A stretch of 64,000 nucleotides of DNA from Octopus vulgaris. Lineage: Eukaryota. The notes below the pieces were generated by a model. The model saw only the letters and a program-made list of their open reading frames with translations. It searched no databases and was not told the DNA's origin. Every line of letters starts with the position of its first letter. Position 1 is the stretch's first letter. This document shows positions 42,142 to 55,219 of this stretch, piece by piece. Position numbers and translations under genes: made by a program. The DNA is taken from NCBI GenBank assembly GCA_951406725.2, contig OX597824.1, positions 19,282,001-19,346,000 of the forward strand, read 5' to 3'.

Positions 42142-42560
42142 AAGGCAGCGAGCTGGCAGAAACGTTAGCACGCCGGGCGAAATGCGTAGCCGCATTTCGT
42201 CTGTCGTTACGTTCTGAGTTCAAATTCCGCCGAGGTCGACTTTGCCTTTCATCTTTTCGGGGTGGATAAATTAAGTACCAGCTACGCACTGGGGTCGATG
42301 TAATCGACTTAATCCGTTTGTCTGACCTTGTATGTCCCCTCTGTGTTTAGCCCCTTGTGGGTAGTAAAGAAATAGGTATTTCGTCTGTCTTTACGTTCTG
42401 AGTTCAAATTCTGCCGAGGTCGACATTGCCTTTCATCCTTTCGGGGTCGATAAATTAAGTACCAGCTACGCACTGGGGTCGATGTAATCGACTTAATCCG
42501 TTTGTCTGTCCTTGTATGTCCCCTCTGTGTTTAGCCCCTTGTGGGTAGTAAAGAAATATA
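42142..42560 (+). mobile_element. SINE family A, head plus two bodies
   Basis: Homology to family A. Confidence 0.9.
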
Positions 42561-43081
42561 TATACCCGGGTCGTGCAATGCCTTGGTTGCTATATCAAGC
42601 TGATCATTTAACCACATGATGTCTTTCTCATTTGCTGGAATATGGTAACTGTAACCTTCACGTGACCATTTTATTACCCATAATCCTTTTCTCTTGCGGC
42701 ATGATAAATAAATCTGGTTGCATGTACCGAGGTTAAAAATCATAATTGCCGTTCTTCTTATTTTGGTCTTCTTTTCTTTTCTCATCTCCTCTTTCTATTC
42801 CACATGGTCCCCCTCCTCCCCCTCCACCTCATCACTATCATCGTCATCGTCATCGTCATCCGTCGCAGTAGACACCGTAGCAGCAGCAGCAGAAGCCGCA
42901 GTGGTAGCAGCACCACCAGCCCCAGTGGCGGCAGTCGCAGTAGCAGCAGCAGCAGCAGCAGCAGCAGCACCAGAAGGCGTTGCAGTGTTGAATGAAATAC
43001 CTTACATTCTTTAGCTACGCCTCTGTAAGTTCTTAGTTCAATTTCCGCCCTGATTGACTTCGTTTTCATCTCATGAAGAGG

Positions 43082-43190
<109 letters not shown>

Positions 43191-43315
43191 GAATGCAAGT
43201 ATGTATTTACATATATGGGAATATATATACATGTGTGTGTGTATATGTGTGTATACATATATACACATACATATATACACATACATATATATATATATAA
43301 TAGATATACAGATAC

Positions 43316-43349
<34 letters not shown>

Positions 43350-43799
43350 TTAGATATATATTTGTGGCTGTATGCATACTTGGGTGTGTGTGAGAGAGAG
43401 AGAGGGCGAACGAAAACAAATCTGGTGAGACGTTTCATTAATTGTTTAATTAGGTCATCTTACACGTATTTCAGTGAACATAAAGGCCGAATTACGCAAT
43501 CCGGATTAGGTGATGTTTTCTAGGCCCTCATTTCGTCAGAGATTCGTACCGAACTAGCCGGAATTTCTTTATATAACAACAACAACAACAACATCAAGGC
43601 TGAACTCTCCCGTCTAGAAAGATGTAATTATGCTCAAGATCAACAACGACAACAACAACAACGACAAGTTACTAAAACAAGTTCTACTGAGATTTTATTT
43701 GAAGCTGAGCATGTTTGCGCATCGTCTACCCTACTCTCTACTCCAAACTGTGTAATCTGAACTAGTGTACCATGTGTCATTTCCTAGACACGTGATGGT

Positions 43800-44132
43800 A
43801 AAGACCCCCTTCGGTCATGAATGACCATGGGATTGTACCTAGAAAGTTACCCTCCTAGACACAAGTCCGGGCAAGGTTGTTTATGGAAGACCAGCAGTCG
43901 CCCATGCATACCAGCCTCCCCTCTCCACGCCACCAGTGGTATCCAAAGGAAAGACAAAGGTCGATACAGCTTGGCACCTGTGACGTCGCAACTCATTTCT
44001 ACAGCTGAGTGAACTGGAGCAACGTGAAAATGAAGTGCTTTGCTCAAGAACACAACACGCAGCCCGGACCGGGATTCGAACTCACAACCTCACGATCGTA
44101 AGCTCGACGCTCTAACCACTGAGCCATGCGCC
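43800..44132 (-). mobile_element. SINE family D, full length
   Basis: GGCGCATGGCTCAGTGGTTAGAGCG head, GTTCGAATCC B box. Confidence 0.9.
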
Positions 44133-44334
44133 TTACACGCTAGAAAAATATAAGGAATGTAAAACCGAAACAGATTGCTGCTGACTCTTCTTTCCAGTCA
44201 AAGTTTACATCATATACTCTCTCTTTTTGCTCTTTTACTTGTTTCAGTCATTTGACTGCAGAGCACCGCCTTTAGTCGAGCAAATCGACCTCAGGACTTA
44301 TTTTTTGTAAGCCTGGTACTTATTCTATCGGTTC

Positions 44335-44440
44335 ACTTAAAGAGAATAACAAGCTACATAATGCAAAATTTTTACTTTTCAAAAATTCCAATTCTAAAGG
44401 GTCGAAACAAACCCGAGCAAACGCTGGGCGGTATTGCTAG
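44335..44440 (+). mobile_element. Helitron 3' end fragment
   Basis: CCCGAGCAAACGCTGGG hairpin plus TGCTAG|T, like 29568-29594. Confidence 0.65.
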
Positions 44441-45451
44441 TAACAAATATTTTCCAAGTAAATCGCAGGCACAAACCTGCGACTGACTGGAACAAGCATA
44501 AAATGCCAGACGCAATTATAAAGCAACGCATCAAATTATCCGCCATGTTTGGGATTTTTAAGGTCCCATTATGCACAAAGATATTCTTACAATTAACTTT
44601 GCCTCTCTGCCGTGTATTTTTACATCTCCATGCACTATTGCTAAATGGTTGTTGAACCTCTGCTTGTGCTCATTCATCCTTGCTTTTGTCCTTCTAGATT
44701 TTAAGCAATCTTCGTCACCAGACCAGCCTATAATGGTGCAGATTTGGTCGCCGACGACGCGACTATGTAACAAGTTGTACTGGGTCACATCTTAACAGCA
44801 GCACTCGTAACATTCTGTCATTTGACACCCTAATATATTGTCATTGTGCTGTAGTTGTACAGATTCGGTTGTGTCACGCTTCTGGTTTTGTTCAATTTAG
44901 TTTTTATTTCGTCTTTTCGGGGTTTTTTTTTCCTTCTTAATCTTATAAATTTACGCACGAGTGCTCATGCATTTCGTGGTTGTTAGCAGCTTAGTGTAAG
45001 TTCAGTTCAAAACACCAGATGGCGTTAACAGCGATTAAGGTATTTTCCATTTCCTACCAAACATTAATTAAACTGTTGAATGAATTAATGAATTAGGATA
45101 CTTTCAAGAAATATGTAGACTCGTTTAAATTATTAGTTTGTAATTACTGCAACAAAATTATCAGGGTGACTCCATTCAGGCTGATGAAGATTAAAAGAAA
45201 TACAAATGAAGTCGCTTTAAACTGAACGTAAGTCAATTGGCGAGACTAGAATTATGGATAGCCATTGGTGTAATAATATCAAATGTGGTAAAAGTGAGGA
45301 CATTTAAGGATAGCAATTGTTGTTGTTATTATTTCGCTCCCAGATCAGCCATGATCCAGTACGTGCATGGCCTAATGTTTTCTAGCGAAAGACTACCCCC
45401 TGTCCGCTTTTTTGCATTTTTTACCCGACTGCTGAGTATCTAGGACCAAAC

Positions 45452-45569
45452 GCTTACGGCCATATCACGTTGAAAGCACCGGTTCTCCTCCGATCACCGA
45501 AGTTAAGCAACGTCGAGCCTAGTTAGTACTTAGATGGGTGACCGCCTGAGAAACCTAGGTGCAATAAGC
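45452..45569 (+). rRNA. 5S rRNA full-length retrocopy (probable pseudogene)
   Basis: GCTTACGGCCATATCACGTTGAAAGCACCGGTTCTC...CGAAGTTAAGC...TTAGTACTTAGATGGGTGACCGCCTGAGAA...TAAGC; boxes A and C recognisable; no oligo-T terminator. Confidence 0.93.
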
Positions 45570-45584
45570 GTCACACATTGTTAA

Positions 45585-45796
45585 GGCGGCGAGCTGGCAG
45601 AATCGATAGCACGCCGGGTGAAATGCGTAGCCGTATTTCGTCTGCCGTTACGTTCTGAGTTCAAATTCCGCCGAGGACGACTTTGCCTTTCATTCTTTCG
45701 GGGTCGATAAATTAAGTACTAGTAATCGCCTTAATCCGTTTGTCTGTCCTTGTTTGTCCCCTGTGTTTAGCCACTTGTGGGTAATAAAGAAACATA
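45585..45796 (+). mobile_element. SINE family A fused downstream of the 5S copy
   Basis: Full head, body and tail; shares one TSD with the 5S copy. Confidence 0.9.
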
Positions 45797-46049
45797 TATC
45801 CAGGACCAAACTGGGTAATGTGTATTACTTTTTAAGAGAGTAGAATATGCTCCAAAATAAATTTTGCTTTTATTTCTAGCAGATCGATGGACTGCATACA
45901 CGCTCCTTCGTTAACGCGTGACCGAGTTTCAATGCCAAGAATCGTACTCGGGCCGCCTGGTTCAAAGCCTTCTTAATCGCTGTTACCTATTTGTCAAACT
46001 GCTGTTTAGCATTTAACTGCTATCTCGGGTTTTAACAGGGTATATAATA

Positions 46050-46960
46050 TCGGTTTCAAATATTGGCACAAGGCCAACAGTTTCGGTGGAGGGGTAAGTC
46101 GATTAGATCGACCCTAGTGCTCTACTGGGACTTACTTTACCGACCCTGAAAGAATAAAAGGCAAAGTCGACCTCAGTGGAATTTGAACTCAGAACGTAAA
46201 GACGGACGAAATGTCACTGAAAATTTTAGCCGGCGTTTCAAACGATTGTGCTGGCTCGCCGCCTCACAGCAGAGAATGTATATTATTTCTTCTCTAGGCA
46301 CAAGGCTCGAAATTTTGGGGGAGAGGGTCAGTCAATTAGATCGATCTCAGTACGCAACTGGTACTTAATTTATCAACCCCGAAAGGATGAAAGGCAAAGT
46401 AGATCTCCGCGGAATTTGAACTCAGAACGTAGCGGCAGACGAAATACCTATTTCTTTACTACCCACAAGGGGCTAAACACAGAGAGGACAAACAAGGACA
46501 GACAAACGGATTAAGTCGATTATATCGACCCCAGTGCGTAACTGGTACGTAATTAACCGACCCCGAAAGAATGAAAGACAAAGTCGACCTCGGCGGAATT
46601 TGAACTCAGAACGTAGCGGCAGACGAAATACCGCTAAGCATTTCGCCCGGCGTGCTAACCTTTCTGCCAGCTCGCCGCCTTTAAAACAATATTCTTTTCT
46701 ACTCAAGGTACAAAACCCGAAATTTTGTGGGAGGGGGGTGGCCAGTCGATTATATCGACCCCAGTACGTAACTGGTACTTAATTTATCGACCTCGAAAGA
46801 ATGACAGGCAAAGTCGACCTCGGTGGAATTTGAACTCAGAAGTAACGGCAGACGAAATACCTGTTTCTTTATTACTAATATCAGTGTAAATAAGATGAAA
46901 TACCGCTTAGCATTTCGTCCTCTCTGTGTTTAGCCCCTTGTGGGTAATAAAGAAATAGGT
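46050..46960 (-). mobile_element. Cluster of SINE family A copies
   Basis: Copies near 46050-46263, 46285-46680 and 46690-46876 (minus) plus a short plus-strand remnant at 46900-46960. Confidence 0.85.
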
Positions 46961-47272
46961 ATGGTGTATAAGAGCTTTTCGTTTTTTTATTTTTGTAAAC
47001 TAGAATTCACAAACACAGCGTCACTCCATCTTCAAAGATTTAATGGTGAACTGTCACTTTTGTTTTTAATTCGGGTTTTTTAAATCTTGACATCTGTCAG
47101 TAGGAAACTTCTAGTACCAGAAAAGTGAAAAGATTCTGTGAAAATGAATTGTTTATCACCCTTCAGTTGCTGAATACTTAGTCATGTTCTTCACCAAATT
47201 GTACAAACGCATATACGTACTCACACATACATACGTGCAAACCCACATATATATATATACATATATACAAAC

Positions 47273-47394
<122 letters not shown>

Positions 47395-47885
47395 GAAGAT
47401 GGAGGAGGAGACAGCACAGAGGTAAATCTAAGACATTTCAGTATAGAAAGAATTTTGAAAAGTGATTTTAAAATTATATAAGGTAAGTATAAATATATCA
47501 CCGGTTTCGATGATAAATTTCATCTTCTCAAATATGAATAAAAATTTATAGAAATTTGAAGTAAAATCAGTTCATCTTCTGTTTGGTGGTCAAAATATGT
47601 CTGGAGTGTTCCCGTTGAAGTTTTCTTTAAATATAGTTTCTTATAGAGTTCAATGTATTAGAGAAAAAGAGAGGGGTGTAGCTGTCTATTGTCTAAAAAC
47701 ATCTCTGTTGATCTCTGCCGAGGGAGTGGCTTAAACGAAATTATGGAATAGGTTTTTTTATGTCCAGTTGTATATGAGAGTGTGTGTGTGTGCATTGAGT
47801 TGAATGTCCTTTCCATATGTTTGGAATATGACCAGCTGTGTGTTAAGGGGTGTGTATGTTGTGGTGAATATCTTGTTAGAAAGGA
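47395..47885 (-). mobile_element. Penelope-like terminal-repeat fragment with U3-A8 hammerhead (47495-47535)
   Basis: ATAT-TTGAGAA-GATGA-aattta-TCATC-GAAA-CCG-GTG-ATAT; abuts (TA)n at 47245-47394. Confidence 0.55.
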
Positions 47886-48100
47886 ATTAAGATTTTTCTT
47901 CTTTCTGGTCTGTGTGGGTTTAAACTGCGATGTTTCCTTTTGTGTGCATGTGTGTGTGAGTGTATGTGTGTGTGAGTGTTTGTGTGTGTGTGTTTGTTTG
48001 TGTGTGTGTGTTTTCTTGCGATGTCTTCTTTTGTGTGTTTGTGTGAGTGTATATGTGTATGTATGTGTGTGTGTGTTGTGTATGGGTGTATATATATATA

Positions 48101-48430
48101 CTCTTTAACTTGTTTCAGCCATTTGACTGCGGCCATGCTGGTGCACCACCCTTAGTCGAGCAATTCGACCCCGGGACTTATTCTTTGTAAGCCTAGTACT
48201 TATGCTATCGGTCTCTTTTACCGATAGTATTCTTTTATTTGTTTCAGTCATTTGACTGCGGCCATGCTGGAGCACCGCCTTTTTAGTCGAACAAATCGAC
48301 CCTAGGACTTATTCCTTGTAAGCCTAGTACTTATTCTATCGGGCTCTTTTTACCAAACCGCTAGTTGACGGGGACGTAAACATGCTAATATCAATTGTTA
48401 AGCGATGGTGGAGGGACAAACACCGACACA
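48101..48430 (-). mobile_element. Two tandem SINE family C 3' halves
   Basis: TTGTTTCAG.CATTTGACTGCGGCCATGCTGG twice. Confidence 0.85.
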
Positions 48431-48469
48431 AATAATAAATACATACATACATATATATATATACACACG

Positions 48470-48545
<76 letters not shown>

Positions 48546-48548
48546 CAT

Positions 48549-48593
<45 letters not shown>

Positions 48594-48596
48594 CAT

Positions 48597-48639
<43 letters not shown>

Positions 48640-48960
48640 CATACACAGAACCACCCAGCGAACATCCAACATGGGTCATCACAATTGCTTAAGGTAAAAA
48701 TGAATTCCTCGCTCTTTCGGAAACATCAATCTTCTGTATTGACCGCTTTCCACCACTTTGATCTGTTTTTTGTATTGAATACGTATCGCCACCGTGGGCC
48801 ACTGCATCGAACACTTTGAACATATACTTCAAACTATATATCAACTATACATGAACTATATATCAACTATACATGAACTCTAAGATGTCTGACTTCGTTG
48901 TGTATTATAAATGAATTTCTTGTGTTTGACGGCATGAGCTGTCTTTTTTTATATATAACT

Positions 48961-49002
48961 TTTTTTGATAAGGTTCATTTCAGGAACTGAAACATGTTAT
49001 AA
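48961..49002 (+). ncRNA. Minimal hammerhead, U3-A8 variant
   Basis: TTGATAA-GGTTC-atttcag-GAACT-GAAA-CAT-GTT; palindromic ACATGT; weak stem I; (TA)n about 65 bp downstream. Confidence 0.5.
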
Positions 49003-49060
49003 TGTATATATAAAAATTAAAAATTGTATAATACAGCAGCATTTTCGAACTTCATTTTTT

Positions 49061-49086
<26 letters not shown>

Positions 49087-49108
<22 letters not shown>

Positions 49109-49257
49109 GACGGGCTTCTTTCAGTTTCCGTCTACCAATCCATTCACAAGGCTTTGGTCGCCCGAAGTTATAGTAGAAGACTCTTGCCCAAGGTGCTACA
49201 AAGTGAGACTGAACCCGGAACCATGAGGTTGGGAAACAAGCTTCTAACTATACAGCC
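49087..49257 (-). mobile_element. SINE family C head half
   Basis: Homology to family C. Confidence 0.8.
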
Positions 49258-49688
49258 GAACAAATTTACTCGTGTAAATTTTCAGCCAATGACGATGACA
49301 AATGTATTTATCTAATACAAATAAATATTGAAAATATTAATGAAATACATCTAAAATATAGAAAAACTGAACTAATTTTTTCAAGACATATATTTACTTG
49401 TTGCAGTAGACTTTTTCTAATCAATATTTGTAAAAGAGAAAAAAGAGCTTTAATAGCCTACAAATTGAAAATTTAGTTAATTGCAGAAAAATTATCACGC
49501 AATGTTTTAGCGTAGACATAGGCCTTGCAGGTAATATGTAATTTTGTAATTATGTTATTACTGTTTTTAATGAAAACTTCGTTCTTAAAATATAAAAAAA
49601 AACGATTTCCTTGATTTTACCTGGTTTATACGTGCAGTTTTAAATTATTTTAATTCTTAGTACGGTATTTTCTGTTTTTCTTTTTCAG

Positions 49689-49985
49689 AGTGACACCTTC
49701 AGCCACATAGAAGTCATGTTTAGTTGTTCACGAGAAGGTAGATGTACGCCAATGAATAACTTAGCCAGTAACAAACCTTGTGATTTATTAATCGTCACTA
49801 AAAATGTCAGAACAATTCAAGTAGATTCATATCGTTCCCTCGCTAACACACACAAAAAGAATGAGAGAGAGAACGAGCCATTCACTAGCAAGGAAAACAA
49901 AATCAAATACAAAACACAGCAAAAATCCGAGGGATATTCAGTTAAAAGTATAAGGCTGACACACAAAAAAAGAAAAATGTTATAA
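49689..49985 (+). other. Candidate host exon
   Basis: Strong acceptor TTTTCTGTTTTTCTTTTTCAG followed by a non-repetitive open frame (SDTFSHIEVMFSCSREG...) to a stop at 49985; possible donor AG|GTAGAT after 49737; no recognisable domain. Confidence 0.3.
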
Positions 49986-50116
49986 ACTAAAGTAGTCCAA
50001 GTGTACAAGTATAACGTTTCGGTCATAATCTTTTCTCAAAGAAAAGTTAAGGAGTCTGCCGAAAGGCCAACTAAACAAAAGCTTGGTTCAAGTATTTCTG
50101 TAACCCTCTGTATCTG

Positions 50117-50159
<43 letters not shown>

Positions 50160-50411
50160 AATATATACAAGCTAAATTGTTGGAGTAGCCATATTCTGGT
50201 GATCTAATCAACTAGCTTTATTTAACATGCTTTATGAATATGCAGCTGCATTAAATATGCTTGCCGAGCATGCGCATTAGTGCAAACATGTAAGTATAAT
50301 TTCTTCAATGATGAAATTTATAGTACATGAAAGAGGTTGCGAAACGGCCGTAATCCTAAAGATGTCACATGGTCAAGTGAATATATATTCCCTGCTCATA
50401 CTCATGAGCCC

Positions 50412-50479
50412 GATAACTGAAGAGATGCCGGCGTGGGTTTCCACCCCGACATCCGACATCCGAGACTCGGAGTTTTATC
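50412..50479 (+). ncRNA. Decayed canonical hammerhead in a PLE-like fragment
   Basis: GATAA-CTGAAGA-GATGCCGG...CCGACAT(x2)CC-GAGA-CTCGGA-GTT-TTATC; GAAA mutated; (TA)n follows at 50517. Confidence 0.5.
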
Positions 50480-50514
50480 ATGGCCACCGAATAATTGTCA
50501 CATATTATATTTAC

Positions 50515-50632
<118 letters not shown>

Positions 50633-50675
50633 TATATATTTATATATTATATATATATATATATTTATATATTTA

Positions 50676-50765
<90 letters not shown>

Positions 50766-51825
50766 ATGTGTCCGTTCGGCAGAAGAGGCTAAGTTTACAA
50801 AGAATAAGTCCTGGGGTAGATTTGTTCGACTAGAGGTGGTGCTCCAGCATGGCCGCAGTGAAATGACTGAAAAAAATAAAAGAATATAAAAAAAAAAATA
50901 AACAGAAAACAATAGACATCTACAATAAAACACAAGGTAAAATAACAAAGAAATTATGCGTGGGGGGAAAACCGCCGTAAAATACTTACCCCTCATTGCA
51001 AATCTCATTACGAAAGATTCTGAGACGTTCTATCCAAGAAGTCAATACATAGAGACAGTTAAGGGTTGCTGCAAAACAAGAGACAGAAAGTTAGAAAGAG
51101 TAAGAGAAAGAGAGAGGTAAGACGGGGAGGGTTAGAGAAAGACAGAGGCAGAGATAGAGAGCATCGAATTCAGAAAGACAAGGGTTAGAAGTTGCAGGGT
51201 TTTTTTTCTTTTTTTTTTTCCTTTGAGCTTTTTTTTTTTTTTTAACTGCGCTTTTCTTTATTACAGGGCTCGTGTAAAATGCGTGTGTTCGTGTTACTTA
51301 GCTATGCAACTCATTAATGAGGGTGGGGCTTTTAGCCCTCCATATCATACAGCAACAGAGAGAGAGAGAGAGAGAGAAAAGTAGTTGAAATACTACGTAC
51401 AGTTCGCTAATTTAAAAACCAGCGAAATATGCCATCGTAAGGTCTTTCCTACTTTCCACTGGTTTTTTTTCTTTCTTTTTTAACATTTTTCTTGGGTTTT
51501 ATTTTGTGGGGGAGGAGGGGGGAATTGTGTTTTGTATTTGGTGAGATTTTGTTTTTATATTTGTTTATGTGTTTTGTTTTTTTTTGTGTAGTTTTCGTCG
51601 TGGCCTACATATTACTAGACATGCACACATGCCTGTGCATGTAAAGAGAAGTGGTAAGAGTGAGTAGAGTGCAAAGGTGGGAGGGACGGGACAGCCAGGC
51701 AGCCATGTTGAGCCCATGTCGTGTCGGTCCTGACCTTATATCATGCCGCCATTTCTTTAAACATGGCCTGCATACATACGTTTACATTTAAAAACAGCCG
51801 TCGCTACCCCCACATCCACGCTGTA

Positions 51826-51826
51826 G

Positions 51827-51887
<61 letters not shown>

Positions 51888-52005
51888 TGTGTGTGAGTGA
51901 GTGTGTACATGTGTGTGTATGTGTGTCTGTGCGTATGATTGTTTATGTAAGCATGTATGCATGTGAATTAGTAGTGTCCATATGTACATGTGTGAGAGTG
52001 TGTGT

Positions 52006-52044
<39 letters not shown>

Positions 52045-52849
52045 TGTGTGTGTGAGTGTGTACATGTGTGTGTGTGTGTGTCTGTGCGTATGATTGTTTA
52101 TGTAAGCATGTATGCATGTGAATTAGTGTCCATATGTACATGTGTGAGAGTGTGTGTGTGTGTACGTGTGTGTGTGTGTGTGAGTGAGTGTGTATATGTG
52201 TGTGTGTGTGTCTGTGCGCATGATTGTTTATGTAAGCATGTATGCATGTGAATTAGTGTCCATATGTACATGTGTGAGAGTGTGTGTGTGTGTACGTGTG
52301 TGTGTGTGTGTACGTGTGTATGTGTGTGTACGTGTGTGTGTACGTGTGTGTGTGTGTGTGTGAGTGAGTGTGTACATGTGTGTGTGTGTGTATGTGCGTA
52401 TGATTGTTTATGTAAGCGTGTATGCATGTGAATTAGTGTCCATATGTACATGTGTGAGAGTGTGTGTGTGTACGTGTGTGTGTGTGTGTGAGTGAGTGTG
52501 TATATGTGTGTGTGTGTGTCTCTGCGCATGATTGTTTATGTAAGCATGTATGCATGTGAATTAGTGTCCATATGTACATGTGTGAGAGTGTGTGTGTGTG
52601 TACGTGTGTGTGTGTGTGTGAGTGAGTGTGTATATGTGTGTGTGTGTGTCTCTGCGCATGATTGTTTATGTAAGCATGTATGCATGTGAATTAGTGTCCA
52701 TATGTACATGTGTGAGAGTGTGTGTGTGTGTACGTGTGTGTGTGTGTGTGAGTGAGTGTGTATATGTGTGTGTGTGTGTGTCTGCGCGTATGATTGTTTA
52801 TGTAAGCGTGTATGCATGTGAATTAGTGTCCATATGTACATGTGTGAGA

Positions 52850-52880
<31 letters not shown>

Positions 52881-53145
52881 TGTGTGTGTGTGTATGTGTG
52901 TGTGTGTGAGTGAGTGTGTACATGTGTGTGTGTGTGTCTGCGCGTATGATTGTTTATGTAAGCATGTATGCATGTGAATTAGTAGTGTCCATATGTACAT
53001 GTGTGAGTGTGTGTGTGTGTGTGTGTTTGTGTGTGTGTGAGTGAGTGTGTACATGTGTGTGTGTGTCAGTGCGTTTGATTGTTTATGTAAGCATGTATGC
53101 ATGTGAACTAGTAGTGTCCATATGTACATGTGTGAGAGTGTGTGT

Positions 53146-53176
<31 letters not shown>

Positions 53177-53535
53177 AGTGTATGTGTGTGTGTGTGTCTG
53201 TGCGTATGATTGTTTATGTAAGCATGTATGCATGTGAATTAGTGTCCATATGTACATGTGTGAGAGTGTGTGTACGTGTGTGTGTGTGTGTGTGTGAGTG
53301 TATACATGTGTGTGTGTGTGTATGCGTGTGTGTGTACTTGCATGTTTTTTGTGTGATTGTGAATGTAAGCTCGTATGTATGTGAATCAGTGTCTGTATGT
53401 ATATGTGTGTGAGTGTATGTGTATGCGTGCGTGCATATATGCGTAATGTGCGTACGTGCATGTGTGAGTGTGTGAGTGTGTGAGAGTGTATGAATGTTTA
53501 TGTAAGCACGTATGCATGTGAATCAGTGTCCGTAT
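51826..53535. repeat. Minisatellite of ~120-180-bp units: conserved core plus variable (TG)n
   Basis: Core TGCGTATGATTGTTTATGTAAGCATGTATGCATGTGAATTAGTGTCCATATGTACATG about 10 times, plus two degenerate units. Confidence 0.93.
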
Positions 53536-53899
53536 ATATACGTGAGCGAGTGTATTTATACAGCGTATATAATAACACTTAAATATATATAGACGTTAAT
53601 ATATATGTGTGTGTGTGTATCTACGTATATACACCCACATACATATAGACTCACAAGCATACAAGGTTACGTATACACATACACACACACACACACACAT
53701 ATTCATACGTAAACAGAGATGTACAAACATACGAACATACATACGTACACACATACCTGGTGCATACAAACACAGATGCACATATACATACACACACACG
53801 CACACATATATATATATACATGACATACATACGTGCATACATACATACATACATACATACATACATACATACATACATACATACATACATACATACATT

Positions 53900-54116
53900 C
53901 AAAATGTGACCGCGTGTGTACCGTTGGCGATTTTTATTCCTTTGTCTTCCCTTCTCTGGATCTTTACTTCTCCTGTGTTTCCGACGAAGAGCTCCACTCG
54001 AAACGTTAAACCCTCCTTCTTTCCTTCTTTCCTGAGCGTCCAATAATACTAGATTTGTTCCACGTCCTCGCGTTGTTGTGGTTTTTTTGTGTGCTTTCTT
54101 GTTTGGATTAACTTTA
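53900..54116 (+). mobile_element. Penelope-like fragment with minimal hammerhead (53977-54011)
   Basis: GTTT-CCGACGA-A-GAG-ctcca-CTC-GAAAC-GTT-AAAC; between (CATA)n tracts; downstream CCTGAGCGT..ATAATACT resembles family E. Confidence 0.6.
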
Positions 54117-54222
54117 CATATATACATACATACATACATACATACATTTACGTATACATATAAATGCATGACGGATATACATGCCAGACGGATATACATG
54201 CCAACATTCACATAATGTTGGT

Positions 54223-54613
54223 GGATGGGAAGGACTCCGTCGGTTACGACGACGAGGGTTCCGTCTGATCCGATCAACGGAACAGCCTGCTCGTGAAATT
54301 AACGTGTAAGTGGCTGAGCACTCCACAGACACGTGTACCCTTAACGCATTTCTCGGGGATATTCAGCGTGACACAGAGAGGGACAAGGCCGGCCCTTTGA
54401 AATACAGGTACAACAGAAACAGGAAGTAAGAGTGAGAGAAAGGTGTGGTGAAAGAGTACAGCAGGGATCACCACCATCCCCTGCCGGAGCCTCGTGGAGC
54501 TTTTAGGTGTTTTCGCTCAATAAACACTCACAACGCCCGGTCTGGGAATCGAAACCGCGATCCTACGACCGCGAGTCCGCTGCCATAACCACTGGGCCAT
54601 TGCGCCTCCACTA
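54223..54613 (-). mobile_element. SINE family B, full length
   Basis: TSD ATAATGTTGGT at 54212-54222 and 54614-54624. Confidence 0.92.
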
Positions 54614-55219
54614 ATAATGTTGGTACACACGCGGGCAAACGCACATACAGACAGACAGACATAAATGCAGACAGGCAAACATGCACCCCGTTACAGTGAA
54701 ATATGGCAAGTTGTACGTCTCTGAGAATTACATCATGGATTTGTTTCCGTTCACTGATTAGTGTTCTCTCTTCACATTTTTCCGAAGGCCAATTCGAATA
54801 GGGGCAACAAGTTGACTGGGGTTATTATTCTGTCTTCTTTCTTTTCTTTTGTGAGTTCAAATCCTGTTGAGGCCACCTTTATATTTCACACCTCCACGAT
54901 AGATTCAATAAATTGTATACATTCCAACCACGTGGCCTGGTGGTTGTGGGAGTTGCAGCCACGATCGCAGGATCATTGTTTCGACTTCCGCTCAGGGCGG
55001 TGCTTTGTATGCGAGGGCACAGCATTTTATTTCACTTTGCTTCAATCCCATTCAGCGGTAAATGAGTAATTTTGAGTAACTCCTCGATGGCCTGCTACCC
55101 CATTCAGGGGGAACGTCGTGATCCCTTTACACGCCAAGGAAACCGAGTAACGGGTCCTAAGAGTCTCAGGACTCAAGATATCACATATTTATTACGCATT
55201 TCTAGTTTTGTCTTTCGAA

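Noticed and set aside
44441-45030. Possible exon or DNA transposon fragment
   Set aside because: Short ORFs on both strands with no motif or terminal repeat I could recognise
45181-45200. CTGATGA...GAAA hammerhead candidate
   Set aside because: No stem II or stem I pairing
45452-45569. Functional 5S rDNA repeat unit
   Set aside because: Single copy, no terminator, TSD-flanked and fused to a SINE
50308-50356. ATGATGA...GAAACGGCCGTA hammerhead candidate
   Set aside because: Palindromic stem III present, but no convincing core spacing or stems I and II
51826-53535. Repeat-spacer array resembling CRISPR
   Set aside because: Spacers are (TG)n variants rather than unique sequence; no cas genes
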